A DNA stretch of 64,000 nucleotides, taken from a virus. Lineage: Duplodnaviria; Heunggongvirae; Uroviricota; Caudoviricetes. The stretch lies in IMG/VR virus record IMGVR_UViG_3300036770_004943, positions 1 to 64,000 of that record; one strand, 5' to 3'. Below, in pieces: positions 48,661 to 58,569 of the stretch (the stretch's first letter is position 1; the number at the start of each line of letters is the position of its first letter). The translations under genes and the position numbers were made by a program. The notes under the pieces were generated by a model, which saw nothing but the letters and a program-made list of their open reading frames with translations, made no database searches and was not told the DNA's origin.

Positions 48661-49305
48661 TTGATATTTATAAAGAAAAATGATATGTACACTATACCAA
48701 AAAATATTTTAAACGAATTAGTTAATAGTGACGGTACTAGAATTGGGGGTAACAACGTTAAGTTATCTAGAGATAACTCAAAATCTTCTTCTGACAGTAC
48801 TATGGATCCAATGTATAATCCCGAAGACGGAGACCAAGTAAGAAATTCTGTGGTACAAAGTACACGTCAACAAGGTTATCGCGGGTATTATTCATTAGTA
48901 CCAATGCCATCTGTTAAAACACCTAACGCGACAATCAATACATATACCGATAATATAGATTATATGGATGACAAAAAAGGTGTAAAAAAGACAATTAAAA
49001 AAATCTCAAAAAAGAAAATGGAAGAAATGGTAGAAGATATCGTTTCTAAAAAAATTTCTAAAGATGTTATTGATGATGTAAAAACTTATAATGTTATTAA
49101 TAAAAACGGTATTCCTGATATCGAAATAATTTCTGACGAAAACCCACTATTGGTTAGAAAAGTTAAAAACTTAATTGACATAGTTAAAAAAAACCAAGCA
49201 AACGGTGAACAAAAAGGTGTTATTTTAAACTTTTTAGTTAATAATATTGACACAATTGATATACCTGTTGAATATAAAAAAGAGATATTGAAAAAATTAC
49301 AGTAA
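48661..49305 (+). CDS. Hypothetical protein (214 aa).
   Basis: ORF, K-rich, no motif recognised. Confidence 0.5.
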   Translation: MIFIKKNDMYTIPKNILNELVNSDGTRIGGNNVKLSRDNSKSSSDSTMDPMYNPEDGDQVRNSVVQSTRQQGYRGYYSLVPMPSVKTPNATINTYTDNIDYMDDKKGVKKTIKKISKKKMEEMVEDIVSKKISKDVIDDVKTYNVINKNGIPDIEIISDENPLLVRKVKNLIDIVKKNQANGEQKGVILNFLVNNIDTIDIPVEYKKEILKKLQ

Positions 49306-49309
49306 TTTA

Positions 49310-49858
49310 ATGGCTAATAGTTTATTACAAGGTAAAAGTTGGGACATCCCTGAAGAATTACATAGTCATTTGAGACGTACTATGAATGCTTATAAAGGTG
49401 ATAAAAATGTTGAGGGTTATAAAAGACTTGAGGGTTTTATAAATAAACCTAAAATTAGTTATGAACAATTAAAAAGGGTTAAAAATTTTTTTGATAACCA
49501 CAAAACATCTGGTGTTGATTATATGAATGATAAAAAACAGGATACTGAATTTATTCTTAATGGTGGTCGTAAAATGAGGGAATGGGTAAATAATACCTTA
49601 GATACAGCTCGTGGTAAAATACAAAGTAAAAAAGATGTTCAAAAAAACGCGGGTACTGCTATTGATAATACTCATATAAAAACACATGAAAAAAAAGGTA
49701 TATCAACAAGTTCAGTTAAACCACACTCAACATCTGATTTAAAAAAAGAAGATTATAGTGATATTTATAATAAAGAGGTTAAATTAATGGAATCTCTAAT
49801 AAACATTTTTGATAAAAACAAAGAATTATGCCAGCACAAACAATCTCTCCAATTCTAA
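49310..49858 (+). CDS. Hypothetical protein (182 aa).
   Basis: ORF in plus-strand operon. Confidence 0.5.
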   Translation: MANSLLQGKSWDIPEELHSHLRRTMNAYKGDKNVEGYKRLEGFINKPKISYEQLKRVKNFFDNHKTSGVDYMNDKKQDTEFILNGGRKMREWVNNTLDTARGKIQSKKDVQKNAGTAIDNTHIKTHEKKGISTSSVKPHSTSDLKKEDYSDIYNKEVKLMESLINIFDKNKELCQHKQSLQF

Positions 49859-50175
49859 CAGATCCAGGTAGTGTCCAAGATTTTGGACCAGGTGGGGTAT
49901 TAAACCAATTACCGGGTTTAAAAGCAACTGCTGATGTTGAAAGATTAAAATTAACAGTACTTAATGATTATAAAAATACCGATTCTGATAAATACGGAGC
50001 AAGTCATCCTAGAGCAACAAGTGATGGTGATGATTTTGGTAGAGGTGAAAATAGTAATCAAGTAGGTACAAGAGTGGATCAACTAGAAAAAAATAGATTA
50101 CTTTATTCGTCTGGTAACAAATATAAACCAGGTATGGGTTACGATAATTTTAACTTCCCTGAACAGTATTGGTAA
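49828..50175 (+). CDS. Hypothetical protein (115 aa).
   Basis: ORF overlapping the upstream gene, different frame. Confidence 0.4.
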   Translation: MPAQTISPILTDPGSVQDFGPGGVLNQLPGLKATADVERLKLTVLNDYKNTDSDKYGASHPRATSDGDDFGRGENSNQVGTRVDQLEKNRLLYSSGNKYKPGMGYDNFNFPEQYW

Positions 50176-50176
50176 C

Positions 50177-50563
50177 ATGAGACTTTACTCTATCCTAAAT
50201 GAACTTATTTTAGAGTTTGCCAGTAGGACAGAGGTTGAAAGGGCAATCGTAAACCATGATAGGGTTAGAATCTATTATGAAGGTGATGAAACTGAAACCC
50301 CTGGTGAAAGATTTATAGAACCATACGTTTTAGGTCTTTCAAAAGCCGGCAATCCAATACTTCGTGCATATCAATACGCTGGAGTAACGGATACGGAACA
50401 ACCTGGATGGAAAACTTTTTTATTAGATAAAATAAGGGATTGGGATGAAGTTAATGAAATGCCTTTTAGAAGTCCTATATCGGATAGAGTAAGTGGAATA
50501 CCTAAATATAATCCTAATGGTGATAAAAGTATGATAACAATTTATAAACAAGCAAAGTTTTAA
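50177..50563 (+). CDS. Hypothetical protein (128 aa).
   Basis: ORF tightly packed (2-nt gap, then ATGA overlap with next). Confidence 0.5.
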   Translation: MRLYSILNELILEFASRTEVERAIVNHDRVRIYYEGDETETPGERFIEPYVLGLSKAGNPILRAYQYAGVTDTEQPGWKTFLLDKIRDWDEVNEMPFRSPISDRVSGIPKYNPNGDKSMITIYKQAKF

Positions 50564-51186
50564 TGAATCCACAATTATTAGAAATATTAAAAAAAGCTAA
50601 AGCTATTGATAAAGCAGCTGAAAAATACGATAGTAGTGCGACAAAAAAATCGACTACTACTGGTTTAATGGATATGGTAGGTACATCATCTGGTATGATG
50701 GAAGAAAGTTATTCAACACCAGTGAACATTAAAAAAGAAGTGGGTACTGACAATTATAATCAAGCCGTAAAAAATTCTAAATTACCACCAGCTATACAAA
50801 AAGCCATGTTAGAAAACCCAATACCACAACCAAGTGATACTGGGTTTGATGTTGACGAGGATACAATAAGAGCTCTAAGAGAAGGTGAAGGTCCGTCATA
50901 TCAAGAAGATGATGAGATAGATATGTATAAAAAACCTGTTAGAAGAGCCGAAACCCAAAGAAAAAGACCTATTAATGAAAATGTTTCACAAGAAGTTGTA
51001 AATATTGATGAAAAGTATTTAAGAAAATTGATAGCTTCAGAATTAACCAAAGCTTTACCAAAAATTATTGAAAATTATTTTGACAGTAGATTGGTTAAAG
51101 AAAACGTACAATTTAAGGCAGGTAACACCATCTTTTCTGGTACCGTAATGCCAATGCCAAAAGTTAAAGGAAAGAATAACATTTAA
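50563..51186 (+). CDS. Hypothetical protein (207 aa).
   Basis: ORF followed by a hairpin terminator. Confidence 0.5.
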   Translation: MNPQLLEILKKAKAIDKAAEKYDSSATKKSTTTGLMDMVGTSSGMMEESYSTPVNIKKEVGTDNYNQAVKNSKLPPAIQKAMLENPIPQPSDTGFDVDEDTIRALREGEGPSYQEDDEIDMYKKPVRRAETQRKRPINENVSQEVVNIDEKYLRKLIASELTKALPKIIENYFDSRLVKENVQFKAGNTIFSGTVMPMPKVKGKNNI

Positions 51187-51279
51187 CGTTAAAAAAACAA
51201 ACTATGGAAAAAGGATGTGGATGTAAAGGTAATAAAGGTACTCCTAAAGGAAAATAACCTAACCTTTTAAAATGATTAA

Positions 51280-51313
51280 AAAGACTCGTGTTATCACGGG
51301 TCTTTTTTATTTT
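51280..51313 (+). terminator. Rho-independent terminator (one G-U pair in the stem).
   Basis: aagactcgtg-ttat-cacgggtctt followed by ttttttatttt. Confidence 0.45.
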
Positions 51314-51371
51314 ATTACAGTTGAGTTTATGTAAATAAAGGTTTATATTGGTTTATTAATTTATATAAAAT

Positions 51372-52694
51372 ATGAACCAAATCAAAGTATTAGTTATACC
51401 TTCAGATAGAAGCGGAGTATCCAAATTTAGGTCTGTCGACCCTCATTTAAAATTACAAGAATTATTCCCTAAAGAGTTCTTTATAGACATTGTAACAGCC
51501 GGTACTGACAGTATTGATTGGAATGATGATTTTTATTTAAAAAAATTCGACATAATTCATTTTCATAGAACTATTAGTGATGTTATAAATGGACAATTAC
51601 AACCAGTTTACGGTGATAATGCTAAAAAAATATTTGATAAAATAAAATCAATGGGTATTACATTAATAATGGACATTGATGATTATTGGATGCCTACTGT
51701 AGATCATCCAGCTTATCATTTATTAAAAAACTCTAAGCTTGATGAACAAATTAAGGGTAACTTTAAGATGGTTGATTATGTAACTACAACCACTAAAATA
51801 TTTGCCGATGAAATTAGTAAATTTAATAAAAACGTAGTGGTATTCCCAAATGCTATTGACCCTAGTGAACCACAGTTCCAAAAAAAAGAAATAAAAAGTG
51901 ATAAAAAATTACGTATTGGTTGGTTAGGTGGTTCTTCACATTTACATGATTTAGATTTGATGAGACAGGGTTTAAATAGCTGGATGACATCACCCGAAGG
52001 TAAAGATAGTCAATTAGTGGTTTGTGGATTTGATTTAAGGGGTTCTATAACCGAAACCAATCAACAAACAGGTGAACAAAAAACAAGAAAAATTTTACCA
52101 CATGAAAGTGTTTGGTGTAGGTATGAAGAAATGTTTACCAACAATTACAGTATTTTATCACCTGAATACAAAAAACATTTATTAAAATACTCCCAAGACG
52201 AAGATAGTTCTTATAATGATTTAAATGAACCTTATCGTAGAGTTTGGACTAAACCTATCACAACTTACGCTTCAAACTATAATAATTTTGAAGTTTCTTT
52301 GGCCCCATTAAAAGAACATATTTTTAACAAAGCCAAATCCCAATTAAAAGTTATTGAAGCTGGTTTTCACAAGAAGGCTTTAATCGCTCAAAATTTTGGT
52401 CCTTATACTATAGATTTAGTGGGTGCTATACAATATGGTGGTGGTTTTAATGAAAACGGTAATGCTATTCTTGTTGACTCTAATAAAAATCATAAAGATT
52501 GGTTGAAAGCGATTAAATTTTTACATAAGAACCCAGAGTGTGTTGAAATTTTAGGTAACAATTTATATAATACGGTTATGAAAAGATACCACATTGACGT
52601 TGTAACAAATAGTAGAGCAGAGTTTTACAAATCAATTATGAGTGGTAAAGAAAAAGAAGTTAAACAAGTAATTAAAGAGGTAAATGCAATTTAA
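51372..52694 (+). CDS. Hypothetical protein (440 aa). Possible GT-B-fold glycosyltransferase-like enzyme (weak).
   Basis: N-terminus KVLVIPSDRSGVSKF and central LRIGWLGGSSHLHDLD recall GT-B (GT4-like) layouts. No firm catalytic motif. Confidence 0.3.
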   Translation: MNQIKVLVIPSDRSGVSKFRSVDPHLKLQELFPKEFFIDIVTAGTDSIDWNDDFYLKKFDIIHFHRTISDVINGQLQPVYGDNAKKIFDKIKSMGITLIMDIDDYWMPTVDHPAYHLLKNSKLDEQIKGNFKMVDYVTTTTKIFADEISKFNKNVVVFPNAIDPSEPQFQKKEIKSDKKLRIGWLGGSSHLHDLDLMRQGLNSWMTSPEGKDSQLVVCGFDLRGSITETNQQTGEQKTRKILPHESVWCRYEEMFTNNYSILSPEYKKHLLKYSQDEDSSYNDLNEPYRRVWTKPITTYASNYNNFEVSLAPLKEHIFNKAKSQLKVIEAGFHKKALIAQNFGPYTIDLVGAIQYGGGFNENGNAILVDSNKNHKDWLKAIKFLHKNPECVEILGNNLYNTVMKRYHIDVVTNSRAEFYKSIMSGKEKEVKQVIKEVNAI

Positions 52695-53406
52695 TATTGA
52701 AAAATTATTATTCTTTGATGTTGAGACAGTAAGTCAATACAAAGATTTAGATGAACTACCAAAAGAAAAATTAAAACAATGGTTATCTTATTACGACAAT
52801 TTTAAAGAAAGAGTCACAGATAAATCAAAATTACATTCTGTAGCTTCAAATTCTGTAGAATCCGATTTAAACAAAAAAGAGGTCTATAGACAAACAGCGG
52901 CATTCTTTCCCGAATTTGGGAAAGTTGCTTGTGTGTCTTTGGGTTTTGTAATGAAAGGTGGGAAAACAAAATTTGAATCTTTTTACGGTACAGATGAAGT
53001 AGATATACTTAAAAAAGTTAGAGACGTTTTTAATAAAATTGATTCCATGGAATTTAGTTTATGTGGTCAGAATATTAAAAATTTTGACATACCTTTCTTA
53101 GCCAAAAGATATGTAATTAACGGTCTAAAACCACCAACAATTTTTCCTAAACACGATACCAAACCTTGGGAAATGAAAGTTTTAGACACTAAAGAAGTTT
53201 GGTCTTTTGGTGGTAAATACGGTTTAAGTTCTTTAGATTTAATCTGCATGTCTTTAGAAGTGGACTCACCCAAAAACGGTGATGTTAAAGGTGATAACGT
53301 CAATAAAAATTTTTGGATTGACAATCACGAAGAAATTAAGGAATATTGTGAAAGGGATGTTAAAGCCCTTATAGATATAATAACAAAATTTAATTCATTA
53401 AAATAA
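52684..53406 (+). CDS. DnaQ-like (DEDDy) 3'-5' exonuclease.
   Basis: Exo I LLFFDVETVS, Exo II GQNIKNFDIPFL, Exo III YCERDVKAL. Stand-alone, next to polB and dut. Confidence 0.65.
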   Translation: MQFNIEKLLFFDVETVSQYKDLDELPKEKLKQWLSYYDNFKERVTDKSKLHSVASNSVESDLNKKEVYRQTAAFFPEFGKVACVSLGFVMKGGKTKFESFYGTDEVDILKKVRDVFNKIDSMEFSLCGQNIKNFDIPFLAKRYVINGLKPPTIFPKHDTKPWEMKVLDTKEVWSFGGKYGLSSLDLICMSLEVDSPKNGDVKGDNVNKNFWIDNHEEIKEYCERDVKALIDIITKFNSLK

Positions 53407-54027
53407 ATGGGAGATATAAACGAATACATCAAAGAATTACAACAACTAAAAAGTTTGGGTATTTTAGATGAGGATCAAAATAATCAAATAGATAACTTAT
53501 TAAAAATTATTGGTTCGGTAGAAAAAGAGGTAACACCTAGTATTAGTGTAGAAAATTCTGATTTTGGTAAATTGGAGGTTAAGTTTGTTAACACTTCAGA
53601 TAACCCAGATCCAACTTGGGCAAAAGAAGGTGACTCAGGTTTTGATTTAAGAGCATGTTTACTAAAAGGAGAAAAAGAAGTTGTTCTAAAACCTTTTGAA
53701 AGAATGTTAATCCCAACAGGACTTTATTTTGAATTGCCTATGGGATATGAGTTACAAATTAGACCAAGAAGTGGTCACTCATTTAAAACGGGTCTTATGG
53801 CAATTTTAGGCACTGTAGATACGGGTTATAGGGGTGAGGTTAAAGTTATCATGATTAATTTATCTAACGAAGAACAAAAAATTGAACAGGGTGAGAGAGT
53901 AGCACAAGGTGTTGTAACATCTAGAGTTAGTACCGAATTTGGTAAATTAAGAAAATTAGAGTCAGTAAAAGAATTAACTGAAACTGAAAGAGGTTCTGGT
54001 GGTTTTGGTTCAACGGGTAAAAACTAA
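53407..54027 (+). CDS. dut: dUTP pyrophosphatase (trimeric dUTPase).
   Basis: Motif EGDSGFDLRA, IRPRSGHSFK (RSG), GTVDTGYRGEVKVIMIN (GxxDxDYRGE) and C-terminal RGSGGFGSTG. Confidence 0.85.
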   Translation: MGDINEYIKELQQLKSLGILDEDQNNQIDNLLKIIGSVEKEVTPSISVENSDFGKLEVKFVNTSDNPDPTWAKEGDSGFDLRACLLKGEKEVVLKPFERMLIPTGLYFELPMGYELQIRPRSGHSFKTGLMAILGTVDTGYRGEVKVIMINLSNEEQKIEQGERVAQGVVTSRVSTEFGKLRKLESVKELTETERGSGGFGSTGKN

Positions 54028-54030
54028 ATT

Positions 54031-54522
54031 ATGTCAGTAGTTGCAGTAAAAGTAGAAAAAAACAAAATTACAATAGGGGCGGATAGTATTTTAGTTAACG
54101 GATATACCCAAGAAAAAGATAAAATGGCCAAATTATTCCAAAATGAATGGGCTGTTGTGGGTGATGTTGGTGAGGCTCAAGAAGGTGCCCTATTTCAAAT
54201 TTATTCTAAAACTAGAAAACCTAGAGAAGCTTCAGTAGAAGCTTTAACAGAATTTCTTTTTGAGTTTTATTCGTGGAAAAGAGAAAAAACTGAAAGTACT
54301 GAATTAGTTAACGACTATATTATAGTTTTTGACGGTAAAGCTTTTTTAGTAGAAAAATTCTATGTAAAAGAAATTAAAGATTATATGGCAATTGGTGCTG
54401 GAATGGATTTCGCTTTGGCGGCCCTTTATTTGGGATCAACAGTAGAAGACGCTATCAAAACGTCTTGTCACTTATCAATTCTTTGTGAAGAACCAGTAAA
54501 TTTAATTACGGTATCGAAATAA
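54031..54522 (+). CDS. HslV/proteasome-beta-like Ntn-hydrolase (putative peptidase), with Ser2 as candidate N-terminal nucleophile.
   Basis: MSVVAVKVEKNKITIGADS...VVGDVGEAQEGALF aligns by eye with HslV TTIVSVRRNGHVVIAGDG...IAGFAGGTADAFTLF. DYMAIGAGMDFALAAL matches HslV LIAIGSGGPYAQAAA. Confidence 0.45.
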   Translation: MSVVAVKVEKNKITIGADSILVNGYTQEKDKMAKLFQNEWAVVGDVGEAQEGALFQIYSKTRKPREASVEALTEFLFEFYSWKREKTESTELVNDYIIVFDGKAFLVEKFYVKEIKDYMAIGAGMDFALAALYLGSTVEDAIKTSCHLSILCEEPVNLITVSK

Positions 54523-54545
54523 TAAAAAATAATGATTATATTTGT

Positions 54546-54764
54546 ATGGTAGATTTTAAGTTTAACTTTATAAAAAATAAAAAAATGGAAAATTTGTATG
54601 ATTATTTCTTGCATTACAACATTTACACAGAAGAATGGAATGCTATTTTAAGAACTGAGTATAACCAATATTTAAACAGTGGTTGTAAAGCTGAAATTAT
54701 TAGTGACAAAACTATTGATGGTTTAATCACTAAAATAACATCTTTAGAAACTGTTAATGTGTAA
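54546..54764 (+). CDS. Small hypothetical protein (72 aa).
   Basis: ORF immediately upstream of the glycosyltransferase island. Confidence 0.4.
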   Translation: MVDFKFNFIKNKKMENLYDYFLHYNIYTEEWNAILRTEYNQYLNSGCKAEIISDKTIDGLITKITSLETVNV

Positions 54765-56362
54765 TGATTAGTATCGTCTACTCAACTAGAACACCAAACA
54801 AACAGTTTCAAGATTATATTAAAAAAACTATTGGTGTTAAGGAATATGAAATCTATGAGATTGTTAATAACGGTGTTAAATCATTAACAGAGTGTTATAA
54901 TGAAGGTTTAAATAAAACTAAAAACAATATTGTAGTATTTTGTCATGATGATATTCTTTTGAAAGAAGGTTGGGGTAAAAAGATATTAAGACATTTTAAA
55001 GAAACCGAATACGGTATTTTAGGTATGGCAGGTACAACCGATATGTCTGAAATTGGACGTTGGTGGCAGGATTCGACTAAAATGGTTGGTATTGTTTCTC
55101 ACTCGCATGAAGGTAAAACCTGGGAGAACAGGTATTCAGCTAATTTTGAGGATGAAATTATTGAGACCGTTATGTTAGACGGTCTCTTTTTTGTTGCTCA
55201 TAAAGAAAGAATTAAAACTAAATTTGACGAAGATTTTAAAGGGTTTCATTTTTATGATGTTGATTTTACCTTTAACAATCATTTAAATGGTGTTAAAGTA
55301 GGTGTTATGTTTGATATTAAAATAACTCATAAATCTATAGGTATGACCAACGACGAATGGGAAAAAAATCGTTTACAATTTGTTGAAAAATATAAGGACA
55401 AACTTCCTTATAAAATTAAACCTGAATTAAGGTATGAAAATAAATTTAAAACTTTAAAAGAATACCCTAAGTTGTCCATTATAATCCCAACCAAAGGTAA
55501 CATAGATTTAGTTAAACAATGTGTTGACTCACTTTATAAACAAGGTGGTTATATTGGTATGGCAATGAGAACTATTATTGCTGACACTGGTTCAACACCT
55601 GAAGAATTAACTGAGTTAAAAAATTACATAAATGGGTTAAAGTTTAGGTCAGACCAACATTATCACGTTAAGGTAGTTGAATACGACTTTTATAACTTTG
55701 CTGTTATTAACAACGATGTGGTAGAAAACCATATTGAAAAAGACACAGAAGTTTTATTGTTCTGTAATAACGATATTAAAGTCGTTAACAACGCCATCAA
55801 CTTAATGATGGATGTTTACATTAAAAACAAAAAAACTGTCGGTACTATTGGTTGTCGACTTCATTACGGTGATAATACCGTACAGCATTCAGGTATCGTG
55901 ATGTTCCTACAACAAAATCGCCAAGTAGGTATTACCCATTATGGTTTACGTTCTTATTACACATATCATAATCAACTTAAAAGGGATGTTTTTGGTAATA
56001 CAGGGGCATTCATGATGATATCTAAAAATCTATTTAATGAAATTGGTGGGTTTAACACTGAGTATCGTGAATGTTTTGAGGATGTGCAATTAAATGTAGA
56101 ATGTATTAACAAAAATAAAGACAATATTTTTGTAGGTGAAGCAGTTTGTTATCATTATGAAAGTCAAACTAGAAACAAAAGTGAAGATAAATTAAAACGT
56201 GAATCTGAAGACTACACAAAAAAGCTAATCCCATTTATACTTACTAACAAGAAAACTTATAACTACTTTACTAACATTAAAGCAAAGGATTTTGAAGAAA
56301 TGTTAAAACAAGCTAGACAGCAACAACTAAGTAAACAAAATGAAATTAGGAGTTTCATATAA
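54764..56362 (+). CDS. Two-domain family-2-like glycosyltransferase (532 aa).
   Basis: The C-terminal domain LSIIIPTKGNIDLVKQCVDSLYKQ ... FCNNDIKV is a GT2 signature with DxD. The N-terminal domain IVYSTRTP...VVFCHDD is also GT-A-like. Confidence 0.65.
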   Translation: MISIVYSTRTPNKQFQDYIKKTIGVKEYEIYEIVNNGVKSLTECYNEGLNKTKNNIVVFCHDDILLKEGWGKKILRHFKETEYGILGMAGTTDMSEIGRWWQDSTKMVGIVSHSHEGKTWENRYSANFEDEIIETVMLDGLFFVAHKERIKTKFDEDFKGFHFYDVDFTFNNHLNGVKVGVMFDIKITHKSIGMTNDEWEKNRLQFVEKYKDKLPYKIKPELRYENKFKTLKEYPKLSIIIPTKGNIDLVKQCVDSLYKQGGYIGMAMRTIIADTGSTPEELTELKNYINGLKFRSDQHYHVKVVEYDFYNFAVINNDVVENHIEKDTEVLLFCNNDIKVVNNAINLMMDVYIKNKKTVGTIGCRLHYGDNTVQHSGIVMFLQQNRQVGITHYGLRSYYTYHNQLKRDVFGNTGAFMMISKNLFNEIGGFNTEYRECFEDVQLNVECINKNKDNIFVGEAVCYHYESQTRNKSEDKLKRESEDYTKKLIPFILTNKKTYNYFTNIKAKDFEEMLKQARQQQLSKQNEIRSFI

Positions 56363-57113
56363 TCTATTTGATGGGGAAGAACTTTTAGAAGGTTCAATAA
56401 AACAGATAAGACAACACGTTGATTACATAAGTGTTGTTTACCAAACAGTATCTAACTTTGGTAATTCATGTAATCCGGAATTAGTACCCCTATTAGAAAG
56501 ATTAAAATCAGAAGGATTAATAGATGAGTTATTTGAATACTCACCTAAAATTAATAAAGGTGGGCATTTTAATGAAATTCAAAAAAGAAACATTGGGTTG
56601 GCACTGTCACAAGGAGCTGGGTGTACTCACCATATGTCAATGGATTCTGATGAGTATTATATTACTTCAGAATTTGAAAATTTTAAAAGAATTGTAGAAG
56701 AAGGTGATTATGACTCCTCTTATTGTCAGATGCAAACTTATTACAAATCTTGGGAGTATTCTTTGGATCCACCTGAAACTTATTACGTTTCTTTAATTTT
56801 TAAAATTAAAAACGATTCTAATTTTGTTTTAATGGCACCATCCCCAGTTTTGGTTGATCCTACTAGAAGGATGTCACCTAGTGATAAAGGGGTTATTTTA
56901 AAAAGAGAAGAAATACAAATGCACCACGGTTCGTATATTAGAAATGATATAAGAACTAAATTAACTAATAGTTCTGCTTCAGTTAATTTTACAAAAGATA
57001 TTGATAGGATTGTATCCCATTATAATAATTGGTCCTACCCAAATCAAGTTTTGTGGGGTGGGTTACCAAGTACTTTACATAAAGTTAAAAAAACACAAAA
57101 TTTATTTGCATGA
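56340..57113 (+). CDS. Hypothetical GT-A-like glycosyltransferase (257 aa), weak.
   Basis: ORF within the island. DSDEYY could be a DxD motif. Otherwise unassigned. Confidence 0.35.
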   Translation: MKLGVSYNLFDGEELLEGSIKQIRQHVDYISVVYQTVSNFGNSCNPELVPLLERLKSEGLIDELFEYSPKINKGGHFNEIQKRNIGLALSQGAGCTHHMSMDSDEYYITSEFENFKRIVEEGDYDSSYCQMQTYYKSWEYSLDPPETYYVSLIFKIKNDSNFVLMAPSPVLVDPTRRMSPSDKGVILKREEIQMHHGSYIRNDIRTKLTNSSASVNFTKDIDRIVSHYNNWSYPNQVLWGGLPSTLHKVKKTQNLFA

Positions 57114-57763
57114 AATTAAACGAATATTTTGATAAAATCTATTGTATAAATCTTGATAAAAGAACTGATAGATGGGAAGAGTGTCAAAAAATTTTCTCTA
57201 AACATGGTTTAGAGGTTGAACGTTTTTCAGCCATAGATGGTAGTAAAGAAAACTATAATTTAGGTTACCCATATGATAACGAATTAGCTGGTGCTATTAG
57301 TCATACTAAAGTGATTGAAAAGGCTAAAAATTTAAAATTTAAAAATGTTTTAATTTTAGAGGATGACGTTGATTTTATACCTTTGTTAGAAGAAACTTTT
57401 TCTAAAGTAATCGAAGAATTACCTAAAAATTATGATGGTATTTTATTTGGTGGTAATCATGTGGGTGGTTTTAGACAATCTACTGAAAATATTGTAAAAA
57501 TTAACAGGTCATATGCATTACATGCTTACGGTTTAAATTCAGAGTCTTTTGAGTTTACGATTAATTATATGAATAATAAAATTAAGAATACAATCAATAA
57601 GGGTAAAGAAAGTATTAAAACATCTGTTGCGGCAGATTTTTTTATGGCAGATTTACACTCTATGGGTAATTGGTATTGTTTTAGACCTCATTTAGCTTGG
57701 CAAAGAAGTGGTTTTTCTGATATTCAAAATGCTATAATGGATTACGATTTTTTAAAAAAATAA
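57110..57763 (+). CDS. Family 25 glycosyltransferase (LPS beta-1,4-galactosyltransferase family, Lic2A/LgtB-like).
   Basis: IYCINLDKRTDRWEECQKIFSKHGLEVERFSAIDG and VLILEDDVDF match the GT25 N-terminal pattern (IYVINL.R...R...I...L.......F.AVDG; ILEDDV). Confidence 0.65.
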   Translation: MKLNEYFDKIYCINLDKRTDRWEECQKIFSKHGLEVERFSAIDGSKENYNLGYPYDNELAGAISHTKVIEKAKNLKFKNVLILEDDVDFIPLLEETFSKVIEELPKNYDGILFGGNHVGGFRQSTENIVKINRSYALHAYGLNSESFEFTINYMNNKIKNTINKGKESIKTSVAADFFMADLHSMGNWYCFRPHLAWQRSGFSDIQNAIMDYDFLKK

Positions 57764-57764
57764 A

Positions 57765-58562
57765 ATGGTTACAAGTTATTTACAAGGGGGGCTAGGAAAC
57801 CAAATATTTCAAATTGTTGCTGCATATAATTTAGCTAAAAAAAACGGTGACGTAGCTGAATTTGATTTTAATGAGTGTCACACCCCTTTACAGGGACATC
57901 AATCAAAAAAATATAAGGATACCATCTTTAAAGAATTTAACCATAGTGATAGTATTTTAATTAAAAACACCTTCACTCAAAAAGGACATGGGTTTGAATT
58001 AATACCATATAAAGAATCATTACAATTACAAGGGTTTTTTCAGTCAGAAAAGTTTTTTGAAGAAAACAAAAAAAATATTATAGAAAAACTTTTAACAGGT
58101 ATTAAATCCGAAAAAGAAAAATGGGATAAAGTTTTAGGTTGGATTGGTGGTTTAAGTAGTAATAAAAAACTTGTTTCTGTACATATTAGAAGGGGTGATT
58201 ACTTAAAATTCCCCCATATTCACACACCTTGTGGTTTAGATTATTATAAAAAAGCTTTATCTATTATGGGTGAAAAAATAGGTGATTTTATACCTGTTTT
58301 TATTTCAGATGATAAAGATTGGTGTAAAGAGGTTTTTAAAGATTTAGATTGTTTAATTTCACCCTTTAACGACGAAATTGAAGACTTGATTTTGATGTTT
58401 AACTGTAAACACAATATTATAGCTAATAGTAGTTTTAGTTGGTGGGGGGCTTACTTAAATCAAAACCCCGATAAAATTGTTATAGGACCTAAAAAATGGT
58501 TTGGCCCAGCAGGTCCACAAGACCAAGAAGATACAATACCTAATAATTGGATTAAATTTTAA
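57765..58562 (+). CDS. Family 11 alpha-1,2-fucosyltransferase.
   Basis: GGLGNQIFQ (compare FutC GGLGNQMFQ), HIRRGDY (compare HIRRGDY), IANSSFSWWGAYLNQNPDKIVIGPKKW (compare [27 protein letters not shown]). Confidence 0.85.
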   Translation: MVTSYLQGGLGNQIFQIVAAYNLAKKNGDVAEFDFNECHTPLQGHQSKKYKDTIFKEFNHSDSILIKNTFTQKGHGFELIPYKESLQLQGFFQSEKFFEENKKNIIEKLLTGIKSEKEKWDKVLGWIGGLSSNKKLVSVHIRRGDYLKFPHIHTPCGLDYYKKALSIMGEKIGDFIPVFISDDKDWCKEVFKDLDCLISPFNDEIEDLILMFNCKHNIIANSSFSWWGAYLNQNPDKIVIGPKKWFGPAGPQDQEDTIPNNWIKF

Positions 58563-58569
58563 ATTAAAA

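Noticed and set aside
51204-51257. 17-aa Cys-containing mini-ORF MEKGCGCKGNKGTPKGK in the polB-operon intergenic region
   Set aside because: It is too short to support without conservation or ribosome-binding evidence. It is noted only because the gap (51187-51371) is otherwise unexplained, apart from the terminator at 51280-51313.
58501-58569. 5' extension of the methyltransferase ORF given in the track (start 58501)
   Set aside because: The extension overlaps the 3' end of the GT11 gene in another frame. An internal ATG at 58570 (MKMKINKK...) directly follows the fucosyltransferase stop and is the more plausible start.
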